A stretch of DNA of 50,227 nt. It comes from a virus. Its lineage: Duplodnaviria; Heunggongvirae; Uroviricota; Caudoviricetes. This document shows, in pieces, positions 18,438 through 33,338 of this stretch (positions are counted from its first letter, which is position 1; each line of letters opens with the position of its first letter). Under the pieces are notes generated by a model. It was not told the origin of the DNA and ran no database searches. It worked only from the letters and a program-made list of their open reading frames with translations. Location of the stretch: IMG/VR virus record IMGVR_UViG_2529292913_000006, one strand, 5' to 3'. The position numbers and the translations under genes were made by a program.

Positions 18438-18799
18438 CTTATTATCCTGCATTGTTAAAAACGGCAGAATCCTATGTGACAACAATTAAACGATAGTTAA
18501 ATGGATTGATGAAAATTAAAACTATATAGGTGTACGCTCAGACTATTGGAGGAAGTTGGGGACACTCAGAATCCTGTGGAATGAAATAAACCGGTCTATC
18601 CGTCTATTACCCTTTTAGCTGCGCTGTATCGTCGCCGTATTCCCGCATTAACCATGACCGTAGCCCGACGGGGAATTCCTTCTGCGTGAGTGTGCGGGAA
18701 TAATCAAAAACGATGCACACCGGGTTTTACTGTGCTGACAGACGCAGGGTTACCCTCATAGTCGCTTTTCCGGTGCGATGGTGGAAGAAACCGGGATGT

Positions 18800-18994
18800 T
18801 CATCCATCATCACTTTGGATTGATGTATATGCTCTCTTTTCTGACGTTAGTCTCCGACGGCAGGCTTCAATGACCCAGGCTGAGAAATTCCCAGACCCTT
18901 TTTGCTCAAGAGCGATGTTAATTTGTTCAATCATTTGGTTAGGAAAGCGGATGTTGCGGGTTGTTGTTCTGCGGGTTCTGTTCTTCGTTGACAT
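18800..18994 (-). CDS. Small hypothetical protein near the genome right end (DUF3950/YlcI-like)
   Basis: 64-aa ORF between bor and cos. Confidence 0.5.
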   Translation of the reverse strand: MSTKNRTRRTTTRNIRFPNQMIEQINIALEQKGSGNFSAWVIEACRRRLTSEKRAYTSIQSDDG

Positions 18995-19149
18995 GAGGTT
19001 GCCCCGTATTCAGTGTCGCTGATTTGTATTGTCTGAAGTTGTTTTTACGTTAAGTTGATGCAGATCAATTAATACGATACCTGCGTCATAATTGATTATT
19101 TGACGTGGTTTGATGGCGTAGATGCACGTTGTGACATGTAGATGATAAT

Positions 19150-19382
19150 TATTATCATTTTGCGGGTCCTTTCCGGCGATCCGACAGGTTACGGGGCGGC
19201 GACCTCGCGGGTTTTCGCTATTTATGAAAAATTTCCGGTTTAAGGCGTTTCCGTTCTTCTTCGTCATAACTTAATGTTTTTATTTAAAATACCCTCTGAA
19301 AAGAAAGGAAACGACAGGTGCTGAAAGCGAGCTTTTTGGCCTCTGTCGTTTCCTTTCTCTGTTTTTGTCCGTGGAATGAACA
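19150..19382. other. cos site region (cosQ-cosN-cosB); cohesive-end sequence GGGCGGCGACCT at 19194-19205
   Basis: Recognised lambda terminal sequences: ...CCGACAGGTTACG followed by GGGCGGCGACCTCGCGGGTTTTCGCTATTTATGAAAA...; directly upstream of Nu1. Confidence 0.8.
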
Positions 19383-19902
19383 ATGGAAGTCAACAAAAAG
19401 CAGCTGGCTGACATTTTCGGTGCGAGTATCCGTACCATTCAGAACTGGCAGGAACAGGGAATGCCCGTTCTGCGAGGCGGTGGCAAGGGTAATGAGGTGC
19501 TTTATGACTCTGCCGCCGTCATAAAATGGTATGCCGAAAGGGATGCTGAAATTGAGAACGAAAAGCTGCGCCGGGAGGTTGAAGAACTGCGGCAGGCCAG
19601 CGAGGCAGATCTCCAGCCAGGAACTATTGAGTACGAACGCCATCGACTTACGCGTGCGCAGGCCGACGCACAGGAACTGAAGAATGCCAGAGACTCCGCT
19701 GAAGTGGTGGAAACCGCATTCTGTACTTTCGTGTTGTCGCGGATCGCAGGTGAAATTGCCAGTATTCTCGACGGGCTCCCCCTGTCGGTGCAGCGGCGTT
19801 TTCCGGAACTGGAAAACCGACATGTTGATTTCCTGAAACGGGATATTATCAAAGCCATGAACAAAGCAGCCGCGCTGGATGAACTGATACCGGGGTTGCT
19901 GA

Positions 19903-19928
<26 letters not shown>
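19383..19928 (+). CDS. nu1: Terminase small subunit Nu1
   Basis: 181 aa recognised as lambda Nu1 (MEVNKKQLADIFGASIRTIQNWQEQGMPV...). Confidence 0.95.
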
Positions 19929-23609
<3,681 letters not shown>

Positions 23610-23629
<20 letters not shown>

Positions 23630-24929
23630 TCTCCCGCATATTGCCAGCATGGCTTTTAATGAGCCGCTGATGCTTGAACCCGCCTATGCGCGGGTTTTCT
23701 TTTGTGCGCTTGCAGGCCAGCTTGGGATCAGCCGCCTGACGGATGCGGTGTCCGGCGACAGCCTGACTGCCCAGGAGGCACTCGCGACGCTGGCATTATC
23801 CGGTGATGATGACGGACCACGACAGGCCCGCAGTTATCAGGTCATGAACGGCATCGCCGTGCTGCCGGTGTCCGGCACGCTGGTCAGCCGGACGCGGGCG
23901 CTGCAGCCGTATTCGGGGATGACCGGTTACAACGGCATTATCGCCCGTCTGCAACAGGCTGCCAGCGATCCGATGGTGGACGGCATTCTGCTGGATATGG
24001 ACACACCGGGCGGGATGGTGGCGGGAGCATTTGACTGTGCTGACATCATCGCCCGTGTGCGAGACATAAAACCGGTATGGGCGCTGGCCAACGACATGAA
24101 CTGCAGTGCAGGTCAGCTGCTTGCCAGCGCCGCCTCCCGGCGTCTGGTCACGCAGACCGCCCGGACAGGCTCCATCGGCGTCATGATGGCTCACAGTAAT
24201 TACGGTGCTGCGCTGGAGAAACAGGGCGTGGAAATCACGCTGATTTACAGCGGCAGCCATAAGGTGGATGGCAACCCCTACAGCCATCTACCGGATGATG
24301 TCCGGGAAACACTGCAGTCCCGGATGGATGCAACCCGCCGGATGTTTGCACAGAAGGTGTCGGCATATACCGGCCTGTCCGTGCAGGCTGTGCTGGATAC
24401 CGAGGCTGCAGTGTACAGCGGTCAGGAGGCCATTGATGCCGGACTGGCTGATGAACTTGTGAACAGTACCGATGCGATCACCGTCATGCGTGATGCACTG
24501 GATGCACGTAAATCCCGTCTCTCAGGAGGGCGAATGACCAAAGAGACTCAATCAACAACTGTTTCAGCCACTGCTTTGCAGGCTGACGTTACTGGCGTAG
24601 TGCAAGCGACGGAGGGCGAGAACGCCAGCGCTGCGCAGCCGGACGTGAACGCGCAGATCACCGCAGCGGTTGCGGCAGAAAACAGTCGCATTATGGGGAT
24701 CCTCAACTGTGAGGAGGCTCACGGACGCGAAGAACAGGCATGCGTGCTGGCCGAAACCCCCGGTATGACCGTGGAAACGGCCCGCCGTATTCTGGCCGCA
24801 GCACCACAGAGTGCACAGGCGCGCAGTGACACTGCGCTGGATCGTCTGATGCAGGGGGCACCGGCACCGCTGGCTGCAGGTAACCCGGCATCTGATGCCG
24901 TTAACGATTTGCTGAACACACCAGTGTAA
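23610..24929 (+). CDS. C: Head maturation protease C
   Basis: GTG start at 23610 (MTAELRNLPHIASMAFNEPLMLEPAYARVFF...), 439 aa. Confidence 0.9.
24324..24929 (+). CDS. nu3: Scaffold protein Nu3 (in-frame internal start within C)
   Basis: In-frame ATG at 24324 at the position expected from lambda gene organisation. Confidence 0.5.
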   Translation: MDATRRMFAQKVSAYTGLSVQAVLDTEAAVYSGQEAIDAGLADELVNSTDAITVMRDALDARKSRLSGGRMTKETQSTTVSATALQADVTGVVQATEGENASAAQPDVNAQITAAVAAENSRIMGILNCEEAHGREEQACVLAETPGMTVETARRILAAAPQSAQARSDTALDRLMQGAPAPLAAGNPASDAVNDLLNTPV

Positions 24930-24938
24930 GGGATGTTT

Positions 24939-25271
24939 ATGACGAGCAAAGAAACCTTTACCCATTACCAGCCGCTGGGCAACAGTGACCCGGCTCATAC
25001 CGCAACCGCGCCCGGCGGGTTGAGTGCGAAAGCGCCTGCAATGACCCCGCTGATGCTGGACACCTCCACCCGTAAGCTGGTTGCGTGGGATGGCACCACC
25101 GACGGTGCTGCCGTTGGCATTCTTGCAGTTGCTGCTGACCAGACCAGCACCACACTGACGTTCTACAAGTCCGGCACGTTCCGTTATGAGGATGTGCTCT
25201 GGCCGGAGGCTGCCAGCGACGAGACGAAAAAACGGACCGCGTTTGCCGGAACGGCAATCAGCATCGTTTAA
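24939..25271 (+). CDS. D: Head decoration protein D
   Basis: 110 aa ([27 protein letters not shown]...) matching lambda gpD. Confidence 0.9.
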   Translation: MTSKETFTHYQPLGNSDPAHTATAPGGLSAKAPAMTPLMLDTSTRKLVAWDGTTDGAAVGILAVAADQTSTTLTFYKSGTFRYEDVLWPEAASDETKKRTAFAGTAISIV

Positions 25272-25326
25272 CCTGACCCTTCATCACTAAAGGCCGCCTG
25301 TGCGGCTTTTTTTACGGGATTTTTTT

Positions 25327-26352
25327 ATGTCGATGTACACAACCGCCCAGCTGCTGGCGGCAAATGAGCAGAAATTTAAGTTTGATCCGCTGTTTCTGCG
25401 TCTCTTTTTCCGTGAGAGCTATCCCTTCACCACGGAAAAAGTCTATCTCTCACAAATTCCTGGACTGGTAAACATGGCGCTGTACGTTTCGCCAATTGTT
25501 TCCGGTGAGGTTATCCGTTCCCGTGGCGGCTCCACCTCTGAATTTACGCCGGGTTATGTCAAGCCGAAGCATGAGGTGAATCCGCAGATGACCCTGCGTC
25601 GCCTGCCGGATGAAGATCCGCAGAATCTGGCGGACCCGGCTTACCGCCGCCGTCGCATCATCCTGCAGAACATGCGTGACGAAGAGCTGGCCATTGCTCA
25701 GGTCGAAGAGATGCAGGCAGTTTCTGCCGTGCTCAAGGGCAAATACACCATGACCGGTGAAGCCTTCGATCCGGTTGAGGTGGATATGGGCCGCAGTGAG
25801 GCGAATAACATCACGCAGTCCGGCGGCACGGAGTGGAGCAAGCGTGACAAGTCCACGTATGACCCGACCGACGATATCGAAGCCTACGCGCTGAACGCCA
25901 GCGGTGTGGTGAATATCATCGTGTTTGATCCGAAAGGCTGGGCGCTGTTCCGTTCCTTCAAAGCCGTCAAGGAGAAGCTGGATACCCGTCGCGGCTCTCA
26001 TTCCGAGCTGGAGACAGCGGTAAAAGACCTGGGCAAAGCGGTGTCCTATAAGGGAATGTATGGCGATGTGGCCATCGTCGTGTATTCCGGACAGTACGTG
26101 GAAAACGGCGTCAAAAAGAACTTCCTGCCGGACAACACGATGGTGCTGGGGAACACTCAGGCTCGCGGTCTGCGCACCTATGGCTGCATTCAGGATGCGG
26201 ACGCACAGCGCGAAGGCATTAACGCCTCTGCCCGTTACCCGAAAAACTGGGTGACTACCGGCGATCCGGCGCGTGAGTTCACCATGATTCAGTCAGCACC
26301 GCTGATGCTGCTGGCTGATCCTGATGAGTTCGTGTCCGTTCAACTGGCGTAA
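25327..26352 (+). CDS. E: Major capsid protein E
   Basis: 341 aa from ATG 25327 (MSMYTTAQLLAANEQKFKFDPLF...). Confidence 0.95.
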   Translation: MSMYTTAQLLAANEQKFKFDPLFLRLFFRESYPFTTEKVYLSQIPGLVNMALYVSPIVSGEVIRSRGGSTSEFTPGYVKPKHEVNPQMTLRRLPDEDPQNLADPAYRRRRIILQNMRDEELAIAQVEEMQAVSAVLKGKYTMTGEAFDPVEVDMGRSEANNITQSGGTEWSKRDKSTYDPTDDIEAYALNASGVVNIIVFDPKGWALFRSFKAVKEKLDTRRGSHSELETAVKDLGKAVSYKGMYGDVAIVVYSGQYVENGVKKNFLPDNTMVLGNTQARGLRTYGCIQDADAQREGINASARYPKNWVTTGDPAREFTMIQSAPLMLLADPDEFVSVQLA

Positions 26353-26393
26353 TCATGGCCCTTCGGGGCCATTTTCTCTCTGTGGAGGAGTTC

Positions 26394-26789
26394 ATGACGA
26401 AAGATGAACTGATTGCCCGTCTTCAGGTGCTGGGTGAGCAACTGAACCGTGATGTCAGCCTGACGGGGACGAAAGAAGAACTGGTGCTCCGTGTGGCAGA
26501 GCTGGAAGAGGAGCTTGATGACACGGATGACGCTGCCGGTCAGGACACATCTGTCAGCCCGGAAAATGCGCTGACCGGACATGAAAATGAGGTGGTATCA
26601 GCGCAGCCGGATACCGTGATTGATACGGCTGCTCTGGTCACGGTTGTGGCACTGGTGACGCTGCATACTGATGCACTTCACGCCACGCGGGATGAGCCTG
26701 TGGCATTTGTGCTGCCGGGAACGGCGTTTCGTGTCTCTGCCGGTGTGGCAGCCGAAATGACAGAACATGGCCTGGCCAGAATGCAATAA
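26394..26789 (+). CDS. FI: DNA packaging protein FI
   Basis: ATG 26394 with GGAGG SD; lambda FI-like (MTKDELIARLQVLGEQLNRDVSLTG...). Confidence 0.85.
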   Translation: MTKDELIARLQVLGEQLNRDVSLTGTKEELVLRVAELEEELDDTDDAAGQDTSVSPENALTGHENEVVSAQPDTVIDTAALVTVVALVTLHTDALHATRDEPVAFVLPGTAFRVSAGVAAEMTEHGLARMQ

Positions 26790-26800
26790 CGGGAGGCGCT

Positions 26801-27154
26801 GTGGCTGATTTCGATAACCTGTTCGATGCTGCCATTGCCCGCGCCGATGAAACGATACGCGGGTACATGGGAACGTCAGCCACCATGACATCCGGTGAGC
26901 AGTCAGGTGCGGTGATACGTGGTGTTTTTGATGACCCTGAAAATATCAGCTATGCCGGACAGGGCGTGCGCGTTGAAGGCTCCAGCCCGTCCCTGTTTGT
27001 CCGGACTGATGATGTGCGGCAGCTGCGGCGTGGAGACACACTGACCATCGGCGAGGAAAACTTCTGGGTGGACCGGATTTCGCCGGATGATGGCGGAAGC
27101 TGTCATCTCTGGCTTGGGCGTGGCGTGCCGCCTGCCGTTAACCGTCGCCGCTGA
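26801..27154 (+). CDS. FII: Head completion protein FII
   Basis: 117 aa, GTG start with GGGAGG SD. Confidence 0.85.
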   Translation: MADFDNLFDAAIARADETIRGYMGTSATMTSGEQSGAVIRGVFDDPENISYAGQGVRVEGSSPSLFVRTDDVRQLRRGDTLTIGEENFWVDRISPDDGGSCHLWLGRGVPPAVNRRR

Positions 27155-27165
27155 AAGGGGGATGT

Positions 27166-27744
27166 ATGGCCATAAAAGGTCTTGAGCAGGCCGTTGAAAA
27201 CCTCAGCCGTATCAGCAAAACGGCGGTGCCTGGTGCCGCCGCAATGGCCATTAACCGCGTTGCGTCATCCGCGATATCGCAGTCGGCGTCACAGGTTGCC
27301 CGTGAGACAAAGGTACGCCGGAAACTGGTAAAGGAAAGGGCCAGGCTGAAAAGGGCCACGGTCAAAAATCCGCAGGCCAGAATCAAAGTTAACCGGGGGG
27401 ATTTGCCCGTAATAAAGCTGGGTAACGCGCGGGTTGTCCTGTCCCGACGCAGGCGTCGTAAAAAGGGGCAGCGTTCAGCCCTGAAAGGTGGCGGCAGTGT
27501 GCTTGTGGTGGGAAACCGTCGTATTCCCGGCACGTTTATTCAGCAACTGAAAAACGGCCGGTGGCATGTTATGCAGCGTGTGGCCGGGAAAAACCGTTAC
27601 CCCATTGATGTAGTGAAAATCCCGATGGCGGTGCCGCTGACCACGGCGTTTAAACAGAATATTGAACGGATACGGCGTGAACGTCTTCCGAAAGAGCTGG
27701 GCTATGCGCTGCAGCATCAACTGAGGATGGTAATAAAGCGATGA
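27166..27744 (+). CDS. Z: Tail completion protein Z
   Basis: 192 aa, lambda order. Confidence 0.85.
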   Translation: MAIKGLEQAVENLSRISKTAVPGAAAMAINRVASSAISQSASQVARETKVRRKLVKERARLKRATVKNPQARIKVNRGDLPVIKLGNARVVLSRRRRRKKGQRSALKGGGSVLVVGNRRIPGTFIQQLKNGRWHVMQRVAGKNRYPIDVVKIPMAVPLTTAFKQNIERIRRERLPKELGYALQHQLRMVIKR

Positions 27745-28136
27745 AACATACTGAACTCCGTGCAGCCGTACTGGATGCACTGGAGAAGCATGACACCGGG
27801 GCGACGTTTTTTGATGGTCGCCCCGCTGTTTTTGATGAGGCGGATTTTCCGGCAGTTGCCGTTTATCTCACCGGCGCTGAATACACGGGCGAAGAGCTGG
27901 ACAGCGATACCTGGCAGGCGGAGCTGCATATCGAAGTTTTCCTGCCTGCTCAGGTGCCGGATTCAGAGCTGGATGCGTGGATGGAGTCCCGGATTTATCC
28001 GGTGATGAGCGATATCCCGGCACTGTCAGATTTGATCACCAGTATGGTGGCCAGCGGCTATGACTACCGGCGCGACGATGATGCGGGCCTGTGGAGTTCA
28101 GCCGATCTGACTTATGTCATTACCTATGAAATGTGA
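27741..28136 (+). CDS. U: Tail terminator protein U
   Basis: 131 aa, ATGA overlap with Z. Confidence 0.85.
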   Translation: MKHTELRAAVLDALEKHDTGATFFDGRPAVFDEADFPAVAVYLTGAEYTGEELDSDTWQAELHIEVFLPAQVPDSELDAWMESRIYPVMSDIPALSDLITSMVASGYDYRRDDDAGLWSSADLTYVITYEM

Positions 28137-28143
28137 GGACGCT

Positions 28144-28884
28144 ATGCCTGTACCAAATCCTGTAATGCCGGTGAAAGGTGCCGGGACCACCCTGTGGGTT
28201 TATAAGGGGAGCGGTGACCCTTATGCGAATCCGCTTTCAGACGTTGACTGGTCGCGTCTGGCAAAAGTTAAAGACCTGACGCCCGGCGAACTGACCGCTG
28301 AGTCCTATGACGACAGCTATCTCGATGATGAAGATGCAGACTGGACTGCGACCGGGCAGGGGCAGAAATCTGCCGGAGATACCAGCTTCACGCTGGCGTG
28401 GATGCCCGGAGAGCAGGGGCAGCAGGCGCTGCTGGCGTGGTTTAATGAAGGCGATACCCGTGCCTATAAAATCCGCTTCCCGAACGGCACGGTCGATGTG
28501 TTCCGTGGCTGGGTCAGCAGTATCGGTAAGGCGGTGACGGCGAAGGAAGTGATCACCCGCACGGTGAAAGTCACCAATGTGGGACGTCCGTCGATGGCAG
28601 AAGATCGCAGCACGGTAACAGCGGCAACCGGTATGACCGTGACGCCAGCCAGCGCTTCCGTAGTGAAAGGGAAGAGCACCACGCTGACCGTGGCATTCCA
28701 GCCGGAAGGCGCAACCGACAAGAGCTTCCGTGCGGTGTCAGCGGATAAAACAAAAGCCACCGTGTCGGTCAGTGGTATGACCATCACCGTGAATGGCGTT
28801 GCTGCAGGTAAGGTCAACATTCCGGTCGTATCCGGTAATGGTGAGTTTGCTGCGGTTGCAGAAATCACCGTCACCGCCAGTTAA
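28144..28884 (+). CDS. V: Major tail protein V
   Basis: 246 aa from ATG 28144 ([22 protein letters not shown]...); C-terminal Ig-like domain. Confidence 0.9.
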   Translation: MPVPNPVMPVKGAGTTLWVYKGSGDPYANPLSDVDWSRLAKVKDLTPGELTAESYDDSYLDDEDADWTATGQGQKSAGDTSFTLAWMPGEQGQQALLAWFNEGDTRAYKIRFPNGTVDVFRGWVSSIGKAVTAKEVITRTVKVTNVGRPSMAEDRSTVTAATGMTVTPASASVVKGKSTTLTVAFQPEGATDKSFRAVSADKTKATVSVSGMTITVNGVAAGKVNIPVVSGNGEFAAVAEITVTAS

Positions 28885-28899
28885 TCCGGAGAGTCAGAG

Positions 28900-29322
28900 A
28901 TGTTCCTGAAAACCGAATCATTTGAACATAACGGCGTGACCGTCACGCTTTCTGAACTGTCAGCCCTGCAGCGTATTGAGCATCTCGCCCTGATGAAACG
29001 GCAGGCAGAACAGGCGGAGTCAGACAGCAACCGGCAGGTTACTGTGGAAGACGTCATCAGAACCGGTGCTTGTGTGGTGGCGATGTCCCTGTGGCATAAC
29101 CATCCGAAGAAGACGCAGATGCCGTCCATGAATGAAGCCGTTAAACAGATTGAGCAGGAAGTGCTTACCACCTGGCCTACAGAGGCAATTTCTCATGCTG
29201 AAAACGTGGTGTACCGGCTGTCCGGTATGTATGAGTTTGTGGTGAATGATGCCCCTGAACAGGCAGAGGACGCTGGGCCTGCAGAGCCTGTTTCTGCGGG
29301 AAAGTGTTCGACGGTGAGCTGA
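28900..29322 (+). CDS. G: Tail assembly chaperone G
   Basis: 140 aa, lambda order. Confidence 0.85.
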   Translation: MFLKTESFEHNGVTVTLSELSALQRIEHLALMKRQAEQAESDSNRQVTVEDVIRTGACVVAMSLWHNHPKKTQMPSMNEAVKQIEQEVLTTWPTEAISHAENVVYRLSGMYEFVVNDAPEQAEDAGPAEPVSAGKCSTVS

Positions 29323-29738
29323 GTTTTGCCCTGAAACTGGCGCGCGAGATGGGGCGACCCGACTGGCGTGCCATGCTTGCCGGGATGTCATCCACGGAGT
29401 ATGCCGACTGGCACCGCTTTTACAGTACCCATTATTTTCATGATGTTCTGCTGGATATGCACTTTTCCGGGCTGACGTACACCGTGCTCAGCCTGTTTTT
29501 CAGCGATCCGGATATGCATCCGCTGGATTTCAGTCTGCTGAACCGGCGTGAGGCTGACGAAGAGCCTGAAGATGATGTGCTGATGCAGAAAGCGGCAGGG
29601 CTTGCCGGAGGCGTTCGTTTTGGCCCGGACGGGAATGAAGTTATCCCCGCTTCCCCGGATGTGGCGGACATGACGGAGGATGACGTAATGCTGATGACAG
29701 TATCAGAAGGGATCGCAGGAGGAGTCCGGTATGGCTGA
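28900..29738 (+). CDS. T: Tail assembly chaperone G-T fusion via programmed -1 frameshift
   Basis: Slippery heptamer GGGAAAG at 29298-29304 near the G 3' end; T frame open from 29304 to 29738. Confidence 0.7.
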
Positions 29739-32310
29739 ACCGGTAGGCGATCTGGTCGTTGATTTAAGTCTGGATGCGGCCAGATTTGACGAGCAGATGG
29801 CCAGAGTCAGGCGTCATTTTTCCGGTACGGAAACTGATGCGAAAAAAACAGCGGCAGTCGTTGAACAGTCGCTGAGCCGACAGGCGCTGGCTGCACAGAA
29901 AGCGGGGATTTCCGTCGGGCAGTATAAAGCCGCCATGCGTATGCTGCCTGCACAGTTCACCGACGTGGCCACGCAGCTTGCAGGCGGGCAAAGTCCGTGG
30001 CTGATCCTGCTGCAACAGGGTGGTCAGGTTAAGGACTCCTTCGGCGGGATGATCCCCATGTTCAGGGGGCTTGCCGGTGCGATCACCCTGCCGATGGTGG
30101 GGGCCACCTCGCTGGCGGTGGCGACCGGTGCGCTGGCGTATGCCTGGTATCAGGGCAACTCAACCCTGTCCGATTTCAACAAAAGGCTGGTCCTTTCCGG
30201 CAATCAGGCGGGACTGACGGCAGATCGTATTCTGGCCCTGTCCAGAGCCGGGCAGGCGGCAGGGCTGACGTTTAACCAGACCAGCGAGTCACTGACGGCG
30301 CTGGTGAATGCCGGTGTGCGTGGTGGTGAGCAGTTTGAGGCGATCAGCCAGAGTGTGGCGCGTTTCTCCTCTGCATCCGGCGTGGAGGTGGACAAGGTCG
30401 CTGAAGCCTTCGGGAAGCTGACCACAGACCCGACGTCGGGACTGACAGCGATGGCACGTCAGTTCCATAACGTGACGGCGGAGCAGATTGCGTATGTTGC
30501 TCAGTTGCAGCGTTCCGGAGATGAAGCCGGGGCATTGCAGGCGGCGAACGAGGCCGCAACGAAAGGGTTTGATGACCAGACCCGCCGCCTGAAAGAGAAC
30601 ATGGGCACGCTGGAGACCTGGGCAGACAGGACAGCACGGGCATTCAAATCCATGTGGGATTCGGTGCTGGATATTGGTCGCCCGGACACTGCCCAGGGAA
30701 TGCTGGAGAAAGCAGAAAAGGCTTTTGATGAGGCGGACAAAAAATGGCAGTGGTATCAGAGCCGGAGCCACCGGCGCGGTAAAACCTCAGCATTTCTTGC
30801 CAATCTCCGGGGAGCATGGGAGGACAGAGCGAATGCGCAACTTGGGCTTTCAGCCGCCACGTTGCAGGCCGATCTTGAAAAGGCCAGAGAGATGGCAGCA
30901 AAGGACTGGGCCGAGTCTGAGGCATCACGGCTGAAATATACCGAAGAGGCGCAGAAGGCTTACGAACGCCTGCAGACGCCGCTGGAGAAATATACCGCCC
31001 GTCAGGAAGAACTGAACAAGGCACTGAAAGACGGGAAAATCCTGCAGGCAGATTACAACACGCTGATGGCGGCGGCGAAAAAGGATTATGAAGCGACGCT
31101 GAAAAAGCCGAAACAGTCCGGCGTGAAAGTGTCTGCGGGCGATCGTCAGGAAGACAGTGCTCATGCTGCCCTGCTGACGCTTCAGGCTGAACTCCGGACG
31201 CTGGAGAAGCATGCCGGAGCAAATGAGAAAATCAGCCAGCAGCGCCGGGATTTGTGGAAGGCGGAGAGTCAGTTCGCGGTACTGGAGGAGGCGGCGCAAC
31301 GTCGCCAGCTGTCCGCACAGGAGAAATCCCTGCTGGCGCATAAAGATGAGACGCTGGAGTACAAACGCCAGCTGGCTGCACTTGGCGACAAGGTTACGTA
31401 TCAGGAGCGCCTGAACGCGCTGGCGCAGCAGGCGGATAAATTCGCACAGCAGCAACGGGCAAAACGGGCCGCCATTGATGCGAAAAGCCGGGGGCTGACT
31501 GACCGGCAGGCAGCGCGGGAAGCCACGGAACAGCGCCTGAAGGAACAGTATGGCGATAATCCGCTGGCGCTGAATAACGTCATGTCAGAGCAGAAAAAGA
31601 CCTGGGCGGCTGAAGACCAGCTTCGCGGGAGCTGGATGGCAGGCCTGACGTCCGGCTGGAGTGAGTGGGAAGAGAGCGCCACGGACAGTATGTCGCAGGT
31701 AAAAAGTGCAGCCACGCAGACCTTTGATGGTATTGCACAGAATATGGCGGCGATGCTGACCGGCAGTGAGCAGAACTGGCGCAGCTTCACCCGTTCCGTG
31801 CTGTCCATGATGACAGAAATTCTGCTTAAGCAGGCAATGGTGGGGATTGTCGGGAGTATCGGCAGCGCCATTGGCGGGGCTGTTGGTGGCGGCGCATCCG
31901 CGTCAGGCGGTACAGCCATTCAGGCCGCTGCGGCGAAATTCCATTTTGCAACCGGAGGATTTACGGGAACCGGCGGCAAATATGAGCCAGCGGGGATTGT
32001 TCACCGTGGTGAATTTGTCTTCACAAAGGAGGCAACCAGCCGGATTGGCGTGGGGAATCTCTACCGGCTGATGCGCGGCTATGCCACCGGTGGTTATGTC
32101 GGTACACCGGGCAGTCTGGCTGACAGCCGATCGCAGGCGTCCGGGACGTTTGAGCAGAATAACCATGTGGTGATTAACAACGACGGCACGAACGGGCAGA
32201 TAGGTCCGGCTGCTCTGAAGGCGGTGTATGACATGGCCCGCAAGGGTGCCCGTGATGAAATTCAGACACAGATGCGTGATGGTGGACTGTTCTCCGGAGG
32301 TGGACGATGA
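29731..32310 (+). CDS. H: Tail tape measure protein H
   Basis: 859 aa, Ala/Gln-rich coiled region; about 6 aa longer than lambda H as recalled. Confidence 0.9.
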   Translation: MAEPVGDLVVDLSLDAARFDEQMARVRRHFSGTETDAKKTAAVVEQSLSRQALAAQKAGISVGQYKAAMRMLPAQFTDVATQLAGGQSPWLILLQQGGQVKDSFGGMIPMFRGLAGAITLPMVGATSLAVATGALAYAWYQGNSTLSDFNKRLVLSGNQAGLTADRILALSRAGQAAGLTFNQTSESLTALVNAGVRGGEQFEAISQSVARFSSASGVEVDKVAEAFGKLTTDPTSGLTAMARQFHNVTAEQIAYVAQLQRSGDEAGALQAANEAATKGFDDQTRRLKENMGTLETWADRTARAFKSMWDSVLDIGRPDTAQGMLEKAEKAFDEADKKWQWYQSRSHRRGKTSAFLANLRGAWEDRANAQLGLSAATLQADLEKAREMAAKDWAESEASRLKYTEEAQKAYERLQTPLEKYTARQEELNKALKDGKILQADYNTLMAAAKKDYEATLKKPKQSGVKVSAGDRQEDSAHAALLTLQAELRTLEKHAGANEKISQQRRDLWKAESQFAVLEEAAQRRQLSAQEKSLLAHKDETLEYKRQLAALGDKVTYQERLNALAQQADKFAQQQRAKRAAIDAKSRGLTDRQAAREATEQRLKEQYGDNPLALNNVMSEQKKTWAAEDQLRGSWMAGLTSGWSEWEESATDSMSQVKSAATQTFDGIAQNMAAMLTGSEQNWRSFTRSVLSMMTEILLKQAMVGIVGSIGSAIGGAVGGGASASGGTAIQAAAAKFHFATGGFTGTGGKYEPAGIVHRGEFVFTKEATSRIGVGNLYRLMRGYATGGYVGTPGSLADSRSQASGTFEQNNHVVINNDGTNGQIGPAALKAVYDMARKGARDEIQTQMRDGGLFSGGGR

Positions 32311-32636
32311 AAACCTTCCGCTGGAAAGTGAAACCCGGTATGGATGTGGCTTCGGCCCCTTCTGTAAGAAAGGTGCGCTTTGGTGATGGCTATTCCCAGC
32401 GAGCGCCTGCCGGGCTGAATGCCAACCTGAAAACGTACAGCGTGACGCTTTCTGTCCCCCGTTGGGAGGCCACGGCGCTGGAGTCGTTTCTGGAAGAGCA
32501 CGGGGGCTGGAAAGCCTTTCTGTGGACGCCGCCTTATGAGTGGCGGCAGATAAAGGTGACTTGCGCAAAATGGTCGTCGCGGGTCAGTATGCTGCGTGTT
32601 GAGTTCAGCGCAGAGTTTGAACAGGTGGTGAACTGA
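32307..32636 (+). CDS. M: Tail tip protein M
   Basis: 109 aa, ATGA overlap with H. Confidence 0.85.
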   Translation: MKTFRWKVKPGMDVASAPSVRKVRFGDGYSQRAPAGLNANLKTYSVTLSVPRWEATALESFLEEHGGWKAFLWTPPYEWRQIKVTCAKWSSRVSMLRVEFSAEFEQVVN

Positions 32637-33334
32637 TGCAGGATATCCGACAGGAAACACTGAATGAATGCACCCGTGCGGAGCAGTCGGCCAGCGTGGT
32701 GCTCTGGGAAATCGACCTGACAGAGGTCGGTGGAGAACGTTATTTTTTCTGTAATGAGCAGAACGATAAAGGTGAGCCGGTCACCTGGCAGGGGCGACAG
32801 TATCAGGCGTATCCCATTCAGGGGACGGGATTTGAACTGAACGGCAAAGGCAGTGCTGCCCGTCCGACACTGACGGTTTCTAACCTGCACGGCATGGTCA
32901 CCGGGATGGCGGAAGATCTGCAGAGTCTGGTCGGCGGAACGGTGGTCCGGCGTAAGGTTTACGCCCGTTTTCTGGATGCGGTGAACTTCGTCAACGGAAA
33001 CAGTGACGCCGATCCGGAGCAGGAGGTGATCAGCCGCTGGCGCATTGAGCAGTGCAGCGAACTGAGCGCGGTGAGTGCCTCTTTTGTACTGTCCACGCCG
33101 ACGGAAACGGACGGCGCTGTTTTTCCGGGACGTATCATGCTGGCCAACACCTGCACCTGGACCTATCGCGGCGATGAGTGCGGTTATCACGGTCCGGCGG
33201 TCGCGGATGAATATGACCAGCCAACGTTCGATATCACGAAGGATAAATGCAGCAAATGCCTGAGTGGCTGTAAGTTTCGCAATAACGTCGGCAACTTTGG
33301 CGGCTTCCTTTCCATTAACAAACTTTCGCAGTAA
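32636..33334 (+). CDS. L: Tail tip protein L
   Basis: 232 aa, TGATG overlap with M. Confidence 0.85.
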   Translation: MQDIRQETLNECTRAEQSASVVLWEIDLTEVGGERYFFCNEQNDKGEPVTWQGRQYQAYPIQGTGFELNGKGSAARPTLTVSNLHGMVTGMAEDLQSLVGGTVVRRKVYARFLDAVNFVNGNSDADPEQEVISRWRIEQCSELSAVSASFVLSTPTETDGAVFPGRIMLANTCTWTYRGDECGYHGPAVADEYDQPTFDITKDKCSKCLSGCKFRNNVGNFGGFLSINKLSQ

Positions 33335-33338
33335 TCCC

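Noticed and set aside
19010-19267. 85-aa minus-strand ORF spanning the cos site
   Set aside because: Crosses cosN and cosQ noncoding DNA, has no SD and no recognisable product; judged an artefact.
19284-19823. 179-aa minus-strand ORF overlapping Nu1
   Set aside because: Antisense to a confidently identified Nu1 gene; no independent support.
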